Assembly (NCBI GenBank): GCA_041661045.1
Contig: JBAZVE010000001.1
Coordinates: 360,001 to 392,000, forward strand
Source: Candidatus Saccharimonadota bacterium
GTDB taxonomy: Bacteria > Patescibacteriota > Gracilibacteria > UBA1369 > 2-02-FULL-48-14
Length of the DNA stretch: 32,000 nucleotides
Direction of reading: 5' to 3'
Made by a program: the position numbers and the translations under genes. Of this stretch, positions 8,335 through 16,483 are shown piece by piece. Position 1 is the stretch's first letter. Each line of letters starts with the position of its first letter. Under the pieces are notes generated by a model. That model had not been told where the DNA came from and did no database searches. It saw only the letters and a list, made by a program, of their open reading frames with translations.

Positions 8335-8784
8335 ATGACAAACATTATTTTAGTAGGCTTTTTGGGAGCGGTGATCAGTGCGCTTGTGGGCACCTTTTGG
8401 TATTCGGGTGCAACACCTATGGGAAGATGGCACATGCAATACCTCGGTTTCGACAAGTTATCAAAAGAACAAAAAGAAAAATTAATAAAGGAGGCAAAAC
8501 CCAAAATGTGGAAAACTTATTTGGCACAAATGGTGCTTTCTTTTGTGACCTCGTTTTTCATCGCTTTTGTGACAAGCTACACTGTTCAAAACGGTGGGCC
8601 CGTTAATGCTGTCTACTCTTATGTTATTTTCATTTGGATCGCTTTCACGGTTCCAATGATTGGTCAAAACATCCTCTGGGGAACTTCTGAGGGCGGTCTT
8701 GCATGGAAGAGATTCTTTTCAGATAGCTTTTCCAACTTGATCAGCTACCTCATTATCGCGTTTGTGGCCACTTTGATCGTATAA
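8335..8784 (+). CDS. DUF1761 family membrane protein
   Basis: 149 aa with four hydrophobic segments. An N-terminal LVGTFWYS motif and the overall layout are typical of DUF1761. Confidence 0.6.
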   Translation: MTNIILVGFLGAVISALVGTFWYSGATPMGRWHMQYLGFDKLSKEQKEKLIKEAKPKMWKTYLAQMVLSFVTSFFIAFVTSYTVQNGGPVNAVYSYVIFIWIAFTVPMIGQNILWGTSEGGLAWKRFFSDSFSNLISYLIIAFVATLIV

Positions 8785-8809
8785 AAGGCGGTTCTAATGT
8801 CGTGCACGA

Positions 8810-8819
8810 CTCTCCGCCA
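8810..8819 (+). repeat. 10-bp match to the tRNA-Ser 3' end (CTCTCCGCCA), a possible att remnant
   Basis: CTCTCCGCCA at 8810..8819 equals the last 10 nt of tRNA-Ser(CGA) (8263..8272). It sits 26 nt after the DUF1761 stop. Confidence 0.3.
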
Positions 8820-8829
8820 ATCTCTTCAT

Positions 8830-9462
8830 TCAGCGCCTCCCGCAACCACTGTTATAATTTAGGCTTAGGGATACTACTCCTGAAGGAAGATGAGTAATAA
8901 TTGGAGCACAAACCTCTGCCTTCAGAAGATCCGTTAAGCGATGCCGAAAAGGGACAGTGACTCCTCCATCAAGGGCTTCAGCATTTATATAATAGACGCG
9001 GCCATCAGTAGCTCTTACAGGGATGAAACGGCCGTCAAATGCAGGCCTGTGATCCGGCGATCGGACTTCCACTTGTAAAGGGCCATGTATTGCATCGGGT
9101 GCTCTACCATGAAGCAGAGTTAGGGCGGTGAGCACTCCTTGGTCAGAGTAATCAGTAGCAAACGATGATTTCAATGCGACCAATCTTGTGGTTAAACTTG
9201 GAAAATTCCCCCATTTAAGTTGGTCAATTTGTAATCCTCCGTCTGGCAATCGGGAACGAGGGTGGCCGCCGTCAAAGCCGTGGTATGTTAGCTGCCGCTT
9301 AAAGTCGCCTGTGTGCTCACTGAGATGATGAGCCATGCCCAAATCACCCTCGTCTACTCTTGGCCGAAATGAAGTTCCTTCTATCTCAGTGATACTAGGC
9401 TTTATGTTTTTATCCCAATACGCATCCCCTTCTTCTGAGAAATTTGTGGGCTGTTTTGTCAT
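8830..9462 (-). CDS. Hypothetical protein (210 aa)
   Basis: Clean ORF with ATG start. No recognisable family or signal peptide. Confidence 0.5.
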   Translation of the reverse strand: MTKQPTNFSEEGDAYWDKNIKPSITEIEGTSFRPRVDEGDLGMAHHLSEHTGDFKRQLTYHGFDGGHPRSRLPDGGLQIDQLKWGNFPSLTTRLVALKSSFATDYSDQGVLTALTLLHGRAPDAIHGPLQVEVRSPDHRPAFDGRFIPVRATDGRVYYINAEALDGGVTVPFRHRLTDLLKAEVCAPIITHLPSGVVSLSLNYNSGCGRR

Positions 9463-9635
9463 ATGGTCAATAAAAATTGATTAAGCTTGTATTCTGAATA
9501 AAATTTTAAAAAAGTCAAGAACCGGTGCGCACGCACAGATTTTACTTCGATTTTTGGCTTAAGAAAGCCATTTATATTTTGGAAGTGGCTCGTCGAGCGC
9601 TGTTTACGACTACCCACCAGTAAAGACTAATAGTT

Positions 9636-10622
9636 TTAACCCCTTAGCCAGAGTACCGCACCACAATGATCTAACCGACGGAAAGCACTGCTCTTGAGGA
9701 CGACCGTCCCACGATTCTCAGGATGGAACGCCACGGTGTACACCATGGACTCATCATCTATATCCTCATCACATTCAAATATCGCACTGCGCCTCCCATC
9801 TCCATCTGGACTCATAACATAGTGACCACCCGTGACTACTTCTGAAGCGGCAACAAGACCTTTCTTCTCGAGCTCGCCGGGGTAGACGGGTGCATGATAG
9901 CCCGCTGCCTTTACTGCTTGAATAATTTCGGCGGGTTTTGCCCATCGTCCATCAGGAAGTGCCTTTGCTTCTGCATAAGGCAAGAGACGAAGTTCGCCTT
10001 TATCGGACGATCCATCTATCCACATTTTAGTCCATCTTGCACTCATAATGTCTTGGCTGCGTTGTCTGATTGCTAACTCGCCATTTTCATACACACCCAC
10101 TAAACATGCACCTCCCGGCATAGCTGCTGCTTTTTTAAGAAGTTCAGCACCCTTAGCAAGTAATCTTACTTTAAGAGTCTCCCATTTTTGGCCAGCTGTT
10201 TTGTCTAGTCTAAGTGCACGGGTATAATCTGTGGGTCCTGCGTTTTCATCGATAAGAACAATCCCTCGGTCAAAATCCCGTCTTAGTTCTTCAAGACAAG
10301 CGGCCAACCGTTCATCAAGTCGTTCTTCACTCCCTTCGACATCTCCACTCGCCTCTGCACTTACTCCCTCGTCAGTATCGGCATCTTGGGATTCTCCCCC
10401 ATCAGGACCATCCATATCTACTCCTGAAGTAGTGTGTCCCACATGTTGAGATTGCAGCTGAATGGACTCTATAAATGCTCTTACCGCTGGGTCAGTTACC
10501 TCTATACCATTCAGGGCCTCTTGCAACCTTTGCATGTCCGCACCTAGTTTTTCAGGGTCGGTACTGGCCGGCAAGCCGCCAACTAAGTCTGCGTCTGTGC
10601 CTGGTTTTATTCTGTTAGTCAT
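9636..10622 (-). CDS. Hypothetical protein (328 aa): acidic N-terminal half, C-terminal half distantly DUF4256-like
   Basis: The N-terminus is rich in D/E/G (GVDMDGPDGGESQDADTDEGVSAEASGDVEGSEE). The C-terminal segments AAAMPGGACLVGVYENGELAI ... AVKAAGYHAPVYPGELEKKGLV ... GAVLWLRG parallel the 4974..5744 protein. A TTGCAT-17 nt-TACTAT promoter lies upstream on the minus strand. Confidence 0.5.
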   Translation of the reverse strand: MTNRIKPGTDADLVGGLPASTDPEKLGADMQRLQEALNGIEVTDPAVRAFIESIQLQSQHVGHTTSGVDMDGPDGGESQDADTDEGVSAEASGDVEGSEERLDERLAACLEELRRDFDRGIVLIDENAGPTDYTRALRLDKTAGQKWETLKVRLLAKGAELLKKAAAMPGGACLVGVYENGELAIRQRSQDIMSARWTKMWIDGSSDKGELRLLPYAEAKALPDGRWAKPAEIIQAVKAAGYHAPVYPGELEKKGLVAASEVVTGGHYVMSPDGDGRRSAIFECDEDIDDESMVYTVAFHPENRGTVVLKSSAFRRLDHCGAVLWLRG

Positions 10623-10766
10623 GGTTTTAAATTAAATTCTAGTAATAGTACCATATATATAGAGGTTATGCAATGGCCTGCGACTCCATTTGGCATATTT
10701 CAGGAACTTTGATAGGGTGTATTTATGAACATTAAGAGATTTTGTGGTCTCCACACAAAGTGAAAG

Positions 10767-10795
10767 TTGACTTGTGGATATTTTTGTTTTAAACT
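10767..10795 (+). promoter_or_regulatory. Sigma70-type promoter of the DEAD-box helicase gene, implying a (near) leaderless mRNA
   Basis: TTGACT (10767..10772), 17-nt spacer, TAAACT (10790..10795). The ATG at 10804 is only 8 nt after the -10, and no SD is present. Confidence 0.45.
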
Positions 10796-10803
10796 TAACG
10801 CAA

Positions 10804-11994
10804 ATGTTTAGAAACCGCAGACCGAATTCAAGACCCGCACCAGGTAGGAGACCCAGACCTTCCCGCGCCAGTAAAGGATCCTCACTTGATCCCGCTCTTT
10901 TTATACGAAAGGCGGTTGAGCCGACTCCCGAGGAAGTTTTTGTCCCTTCTTTTGAGTTTAAAGACCTCCCCGTGGACACTCAGTTGCGCGGAAATATCCT
11001 CAATAAGGGCTACAAGTTCCCCACTCCCATTCAAGATGCGAGCATTTTGCCGATTTCGGAGGGCCGTGATGTGCTTGGAATTGCGAACACCGGAACTGGG
11101 AAAACGGCGGCGTTCTTGATTCCCCTTTTGCACCGAGCGATTCAGCCCGGACCTAAGGAGCGCGTGCTTGTTTTGGTTCCCACTCGAGAAATTGCGACTC
11201 AAATTTTTCAAGAATTTTTGGCCTTTAGCCGCGGACTTCGTTTGCGAGCTGTGGTTTGTGTGGGCGGATTGCCGATTTATCGTCAAATTCGCGACCTTAA
11301 GACCGATCCCAACTTTGTGATTGCCACACCGGGACGAATTAAAGATTTGATTGAACGAAGAGCCGTGGATCTTTCTAAATTCACTCGTGTGATTTTGGAT
11401 GAAGCGGACCGCATGGTGGATATGGGATTCATCAATGATGTACGCCATATTTTGGCTCAAGTGCCTGAAAAGCGACAGTCTCTCTTCTTCTCGGCCACTT
11501 TGCCCAAAGAGGTAAAGGATTTGATTCATTCCTTCTTGCATGACCCCGTGACCATTTCCGTAAAGAAACAAGAAACGGCCATGAATGTGGAACAGGATGT
11601 GATTTGGGTGAGCCGAACCGACAATAAGATTGGGATGTTGGTGGATCTTTTGCGCAAAGAACACTTCGATAAAGTTTTGATTTTTGCACGCACCAAACGA
11701 GGCGTGGATAAGTTGACGCACTTTTTGGAAGATGTGGGATTTGCGGTGGCCTGTATTCATGGAGACAAACAACAATCTCAGCGCCAACGGGCATTGGATG
11801 CGTTCAAAGCCCATCGCATTAAGATTTTGGTGGCGACGGATGTGGCGGCTCGAGGACTCGACATTCCGAATGTAAGCCATGTGATCAATTACGAAGCTCC
11901 GGAGGCCTACGAAGACTATGTTCACCGCATTGGACGAACGGGCCGCGCGGGCAAAAAGGGACATGCCTTGACCTTTGTGGATAGACGGTTCTAA
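10804..11994 (+). CDS. DEAD-box ATP-dependent RNA helicase
   Basis: Q-motif region (FKDLPVDTQLRGNILNKGYKFPTPIQ), motif I (ANTGTGKTAAF), PTRELA-like (PTREIA), DEAD (VILDEADRM), SAT, and HRIGRTGRAG. There is a basic N-terminal tail. The start is placed at the first ATG. Confidence 0.93.
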   Translation: MFRNRRPNSRPAPGRRPRPSRASKGSSLDPALFIRKAVEPTPEEVFVPSFEFKDLPVDTQLRGNILNKGYKFPTPIQDASILPISEGRDVLGIANTGTGKTAAFLIPLLHRAIQPGPKERVLVLVPTREIATQIFQEFLAFSRGLRLRAVVCVGGLPIYRQIRDLKTDPNFVIATPGRIKDLIERRAVDLSKFTRVILDEADRMVDMGFINDVRHILAQVPEKRQSLFFSATLPKEVKDLIHSFLHDPVTISVKKQETAMNVEQDVIWVSRTDNKIGMLVDLLRKEHFDKVLIFARTKRGVDKLTHFLEDVGFAVACIHGDKQQSQRQRALDAFKAHRIKILVATDVAARGLDIPNVSHVINYEAPEAYEDYVHRIGRTGRAGKKGHALTFVDRRF

Positions 11995-12022
11995 ACTGGG
12001 GTATCTTTTACCCTTCCCTCCC

Positions 12023-12397
12023 ATGCCAAGTTCTCTTCATTACGCCGGATTCTGGATCCGTTTTTTAGCTTATCTCATTGATGCCATTATTCTTGCTTTG
12101 CTTGGTGGGTTGCTTTTTGGTGGCGGCAATGAAGGGTGGCAAGGCTTGATTTCTCTCGCTTACATTATTGGTTTTTGGACATGGAAAGGAGCTACTCCCG
12201 GCAAAATGATTTGCAAATTGCGCATTGTGGATACCGAAGGAAAACCCATCAAAATTCAAACCGTACTTTTGCGTGTGCTGGGTTACCTTGTGAGTGGAAT
12301 TGTGCTTTGTATTGGATTTTTCTGGATTGGTTTCGACGCAAAAAAACAAGGGTGGCATGACAAAATTGCTAAAACCTTTGTGGTTAAAGTTGACTGA
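12023..12397 (+). CDS. RDD family membrane protein
   Basis: [18 protein letters not shown]...[14 protein letters not shown]...[13 protein letters not shown] are classic RDD features. The start is at the internal ATG 12023. Confidence 0.8.
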   Translation: MPSSLHYAGFWIRFLAYLIDAIILALLGGLLFGGGNEGWQGLISLAYIIGFWTWKGATPGKMICKLRIVDTEGKPIKIQTVLLRVLGYLVSGIVLCIGFFWIGFDAKKQGWHDKIAKTFVVKVD

Positions 12398-12770
12398 ATT
12401 TAAGGGAGACGGAGTTCACGCAGTGGCGAACATTCTTTTCAGTGAGCTGTTCGCCCTCAAAAACATGTCCCAAGTGGGCCCCGCAGTTCTTGCAAGTGAT
12501 TTCGGTGCGGCGCCCATCGGCGTCCGGTGTACGCAGGACGGCACCCGGGAGCTCTTCATCAAAACTGGGCCAACCACAGCCGGAATGGAACTTGTCTTTT
12601 GAGGCGTAGAGCGGTGTCTCACAACGACGACAAAGATAGACTCCGTTTTCAAAAAAACTATCGTATTTGCCTGTGAAAGGAGCTTCCGTTCCTTTGTGAA
12701 CGATGATGTTTTCTTCTTCCGGTGAAAGGGGTTCTGACATGATTTTGGGGTGAGGGGATGTCGCTTTCAT
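12384..12770 (-). CDS. msrB: Peptide-methionine (R)-S-oxide reductase MsrB
   Basis: CxxC...CxxC zinc motifs plus GCGWPSF and the catalytic RHCVNS motif. The 3' end overlaps the RDD gene by 14 nt (convergent). Confidence 0.92.
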   Translation of the reverse strand: MKATSPHPKIMSEPLSPEEENIIVHKGTEAPFTGKYDSFFENGVYLCRRCETPLYASKDKFHSGCGWPSFDEELPGAVLRTPDADGRRTEITCKNCGAHLGHVFEGEQLTEKNVRHCVNSVSLKFSQL

Positions 12771-12835
12771 TATAAAGCTGACTGGGCTGGACGGGAAGTT
12801 CTAGTCGAGCGTATTGTGGATGAGCGCCAAACATT

Positions 12836-12979
12836 ATGAAAATTTTGTTTTTCACCTCTATCTTGGTTTTTGTCCTTTCGGGCTGCAGTTCTGATGATGC
12901 GGCCAGGCGAGGTATTTTGGAGCAAAGTGCGGAGCCTAACCCCGATTCGAGTTCTCTTTTACAAGATACTTATGAATAA
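12836..12979 (+). CDS. Small putative lipoprotein (47 aa), below the ORF-track size cutoff
   Basis: Hand translation gives MKILFFTSILVFVLSGCSSDDAARRGILEQSAEPNPDSSSLLQDTYE*. It has a signal peptide and an LSGC lipobox. Its last codons overlap the next gene's ATG (TATGAATAA). Confidence 0.45.
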   Translation: MKILFFTSILVFVLSGCSSDDAARRGILEQSAEPNPDSSSLLQDTYE

Positions 12980-13457
12980 AGTTTTTTTGAGTTTGGCGAT
13001 GCTGGGGGCTTTGGTTTTTGGCGGATGTGGAGGCCAGCAGAGCGGTTTGGAATTGGAGTTGAATTTGACCGTGGAAGAAAATTTTGAGGGTGGAGGCAGG
13101 CAGCGGGAAGTTTTGCGGATGCAGGGGAACTCTGGATATTACTCTTATGAATTTACGGACAGTGAGCGAGACGAATCGTTTGAACTCAGCGCGGAAGAGA
13201 CCGAATCCTTAAAACTTTTTGTGCAGGCTTTGGGCTTGAATCAGGATTTGGTGGAGGAGCAAGACAATCAGCAGGAAGGAACGCGAGTGCAAATGAATCT
13301 CCTGGTTTGGATCGATGGAAAAGAGACGCAAATGACTATTGTGGGGATGAGCGCGTTGGGAGCGGATGGTGAGGCCGGCGGGAATATTGAAAACTTTGCG
13401 AGTGTGGAAGCCGCGCAGGAATTGATTTCTGCCGTGAAGGAATTGAAGGGACTGTAA
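12972..13457 (+). CDS. Putative lipoprotein (161 aa), acidic
   Basis: MNKVFLSLAMLGALVFGGCGG shows a signal peptide plus lipobox. The start is at the internal ATG of ORF 12870..13457. Confidence 0.65.
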   Translation: MNKVFLSLAMLGALVFGGCGGQQSGLELELNLTVEENFEGGGRQREVLRMQGNSGYYSYEFTDSERDESFELSAEETESLKLFVQALGLNQDLVEEQDNQQEGTRVQMNLLVWIDGKETQMTIVGMSALGADGEAGGNIENFASVEAAQELISAVKELKGL

Positions 13458-13465
13458 GCCACGGC

Positions 13466-14971
13466 TTACACGAGACTGTTTCCGGTCATTTCTGGGGGGA
13501 CTTTGAGGTCGAGGAGAGAGAGCACGGTGGGGGCGATGTCCTTAAGGCCACCGGTGGCTTTTTGGTGAGAAGATTTTTTGAGGGAGAGTGGGGAATTGGA
13601 GACGAGGATGAGGGGCACCGGATTGCGGGTGTGAGAGGGGCATGGGCCGCCCGTGTCTTCGTAGATCATGTATTCGGCGTTGCCGTGGTCTCCGGTGATT
13701 AAAATGGTGTGACCGGTGGCGAGGGCGGCCGGGATGATTTGGGCGAGGCAGTGGTCGATGACTTCTACCGCTTTCACTGTGGCTTTAAAATCTCCGGAGT
13801 GCCCCACAAGGTCCAGGTTCGCAAAATTGAGTGCGGTGAAGGCATAATCTTTGGGGAGTTCTTTGAGTAGCTTTTTGGTGATACCTTCGGCGCTCATCTC
13901 CGGCTTTTCGGCATAAGAGGGACATTTGGGGGAATCCACCAAAATGCGGGTTTCAGTCTTGAAGGGTTCCTTGGCTTGGCTATTGAAAAAGAATGAGACA
14001 TGCGCGTATTTTTCGGTTTCCGCGATGCGGAGCTGTTTGAGTTTTTTTTGGTCCAGCACGGAGCCAAGATTGTTCTTTATTTTGGTCTCCGGGAAAACCA
14101 CGGGCGCGGCGCTGGTGTAGGGGCCGAAAGCCACGAAGTGGGGCTTGAGTTTTTTTGTGAAAAGCTCGGTGAGCTGCGCCGCGCGATCCGTGCGAAAGTT
14201 GAAGAACACTACGGCATCTTTTTTTTGGATGATTCCCGCGGGATTGAGCAGAACCGGCTTTAAATAATAATCACTTTCCAATCCTCCTTTGTAGGCGGCT
14301 TCCACCGCGTTGGTGGCGGCATTCGCGGATGGTGGAATTGCGGCAACTGGCGTTGCCGTGGTGTACAGATCATAAGCCACCTGCGTGCGATCCCAGTTTT
14401 TATCTCGGTCCATGGCGTAGTAGCGACCAACCAAGGAGGCCAAGTCCCCTACCCCACTTTTTTTCATGTGTTTTTGTAGGGTCCTAATAAATGTGATTGC
14501 ACTTTGTGGTTGGACATCACGACCATCGGTGATTCCGTGCACAAAAACTTTTTTAAGTCCTTGTTTTTTTGCAAAATCCAAAAGGGCTAAGGCGTGATCC
14601 AAGTCCGCGTGCACGCCCTGATCGGAAATCATTCCCAAAATGTGAAAGGCGCTTTTGTGTTTTTTGGCGTGAGCGGCTGCGGCAAGGAGCGCTTTCTTTT
14701 TAAAGAAGCTGCCATCCTCAATAGCTTTATCTATTTGCAGTAAAGGTTGAAGCACGATGCGGCCAGCACCCATGGTCAGGTGTCCCACTTCGGACCCCCC
14801 TTGAGTTCCTTTTGGAATTCCAACGGCTTCTCCGGAGGCATTTAAAAGTGTCCATGGATATTTTTTGTACAGCTCGTCAAAGAAAGGTGTTTTGGCGCGA
14901 GTGAGCGCATTGCCTTTGTAATCCTTTCCGTGGCCAAAGCCGTCTAGAATACAGAGGAGAACTTTGTGCAT
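13466..14971 (-). CDS. gpmI: 2,3-bisphosphoglycerate-independent phosphoglycerate mutase
   Basis: 501 aa. LCILDGFG...GGSEVGHLTMGAGR...ITDGRD...LVGHSG...TGDHGNAE are iPGM signature blocks. Confidence 0.93.
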   Translation of the reverse strand: MHKVLLCILDGFGHGKDYKGNALTRAKTPFFDELYKKYPWTLLNASGEAVGIPKGTQGGSEVGHLTMGAGRIVLQPLLQIDKAIEDGSFFKKKALLAAAAHAKKHKSAFHILGMISDQGVHADLDHALALLDFAKKQGLKKVFVHGITDGRDVQPQSAITFIRTLQKHMKKSGVGDLASLVGRYYAMDRDKNWDRTQVAYDLYTTATPVAAIPPSANAATNAVEAAYKGGLESDYYLKPVLLNPAGIIQKKDAVVFFNFRTDRAAQLTELFTKKLKPHFVAFGPYTSAAPVVFPETKIKNNLGSVLDQKKLKQLRIAETEKYAHVSFFFNSQAKEPFKTETRILVDSPKCPSYAEKPEMSAEGITKKLLKELPKDYAFTALNFANLDLVGHSGDFKATVKAVEVIDHCLAQIIPAALATGHTILITGDHGNAEYMIYEDTGGPCPSHTRNPVPLILVSNSPLSLKKSSHQKATGGLKDIAPTVLSLLDLKVPPEMTGNSLV

Positions 14972-14980
14972 AGGGGGCGC

Positions 14981-16210
14981 TTATAAGCCAGTCAAATAAT
15001 CGAGGGCTGCATCCAGTTGAGTGTCGTTCTCTGTGTCGATTTCGGTGGCCTCCATGCTCACGGTGATGTCCGGCGTGATGCCTTCCCCACTGATGCTTCT
15101 TTCCTTTGGTGTGTACCATTTTGCAATGGTGAGCCGCAGGCTGGAGCCGTCTCCAAGACTACTCAATTCTTGTACACTTCCCTTCCCAAAACTTTGTTCA
15201 CCCATCAAAATGGCCCGTCCATAATCCTGTAAAGCTCCCGCCAAAATTTCGGAGGCCGAGGCGCTTCCTTCATCAATCAAAACCACCAAAGGCAGATCTT
15301 TGAGCTGTCCGCTTCCTGTGGTTTGAATGATTTGATCCTCTGCATTTCTGCGCTTCACAATGACTCCCGTTTCAATATCATCAAGGAACTCGCTTAAAAC
15401 TTCCACAGAAACATCCAAGTACCCTCCCCCGTTTAAACGAAGGTCCAAAACCATTCCGTCCACATCTCCCAAAACCACCTCTCTTACCGCTTCTTCAAAT
15501 TCGGTGAATGTGTCGTCTCCAAATTGATAAATGGACAAATGCGCCAAGTTCAAACCCTGTGTCTCGTGGAAAGCAAGCGCCACGCTGGGAACATCGATTT
15601 GCTGTCTTGTGATGGTGAACTCCAAGGGCTCTTCAGCGGATTCCCTCAAAACCATGAGGCTCACACTTGTTTCGGGTTCTCCACGAATTTTCATGATCGC
15701 TTCCCACAGGGTCATTTCGCTGGTGGGTAACCATTCCTCCGTTTCCGGGTCCAAGACCATGTACACATTGTCGCCCGGTAAAAGACCCGCCTCTTCCGCA
15801 GGAGAGTTCTTTAAGGGAGAGACGATGATGAGACGGCCTTCTTCCACGGTTAACTCTGCTCCGATCCCCTCCAATTCCCCGTCCAAACTGCTTTGAAACT
15901 GCTCGGTTTCTTCCGGGTTCATGAACACGGAATAGGGGTCACCCAGCGCTTCCACCATGCCGGAAATGGCTCCGTAGACTTGTTCTTGCTGTGAAGTACT
16001 TTCGATGTCCACAAAGTTGTCTTCTACTGTGCCCCAAACGCTCCAAAACAAATCCATGTTCACTTCTTCGTCGCGCTGCGCCCCGTTGGCCGGGCTCCCG
16101 ATGAGTGGAGATTGCAATGAACTGTTGGCTTGCCACCCTATCAGGCCTCCAATGAGGATGAAGAGCAAGGCTTTGGCAATAGATCCCGATGGTTTTTGGT
16201 TGATTTGCAT
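14981..16210 (-). CDS. S41 family C-terminal processing peptidase
   Basis: N-terminal TM anchor, PDZ region (GIGAELTVEEGRLIIVSPLKNSPAEEAGLLPGD), catalytic region (LVVLIDEGSASASEILAGALQD...GEQSFGKG), and WYTP near the C-terminus. It lies 9 nt upstream of gpmI on the same strand. Confidence 0.9.
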   Translation of the reverse strand: MQINQKPSGSIAKALLFILIGGLIGWQANSSLQSPLIGSPANGAQRDEEVNMDLFWSVWGTVEDNFVDIESTSQQEQVYGAISGMVEALGDPYSVFMNPEETEQFQSSLDGELEGIGAELTVEEGRLIIVSPLKNSPAEEAGLLPGDNVYMVLDPETEEWLPTSEMTLWEAIMKIRGEPETSVSLMVLRESAEEPLEFTITRQQIDVPSVALAFHETQGLNLAHLSIYQFGDDTFTEFEEAVREVVLGDVDGMVLDLRLNGGGYLDVSVEVLSEFLDDIETGVIVKRRNAEDQIIQTTGSGQLKDLPLVVLIDEGSASASEILAGALQDYGRAILMGEQSFGKGSVQELSSLGDGSSLRLTIAKWYTPKERSISGEGITPDITVSMEATEIDTENDTQLDAALDYLTGL

Positions 16211-16301
16211 TTTTAAAATTAGATCGGGACCATTCTAGCGGAGTTCTTTTGATTTTGCACAAGTTTTGGGCAAGTTTTTGGCACGGTGGATTTTTGGGCC
16301 C

Positions 16302-16359
16302 GGAAAATTTCAGGATTTTTTTAAAAAAACTTCAGGAAAATTTCAGGATTTTTTCAGAA
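16302..16359 (+). promoter_or_regulatory. Phased direct repeats (TTCAGGA/TTCAGAA heptamers; 20-bp unit GGAAAATTTCAGGATTTTTT x2) in the divergent intergenic region
   Basis: Heptamers start at 16309, 16331, 16342 and 16353, giving spacings of 22, 11 and 11 bp. The 20-bp unit is exact at 16302..16321 and 16335..16354. Confidence 0.45.
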
Positions 16360-16483
16360 CCGAGGCGTAGCGTTTGGAGAGCAAGAAAGTGTTCTTTGAA
16401 ATTTGGCCTTAGACTTTGATTTTTACGCCAAACTGAGTGGAGAGACGAGAGAGCGGCAAGAACCTACAACAAGGAGGTGTTCG

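Noticed and set aside
10882-12024. 380-aa minus-strand ORF
   Set aside because: It is fully antisense to the DEAD-box helicase gene, which has all canonical motifs. The product looks like shadow-frame sequence.
16279-16296. Sigma-54-like TGGCAC element
   Set aside because: TGGCACGGTGGATTTTTG lacks the TTGC at the -12 position, so only the -24 half matches.
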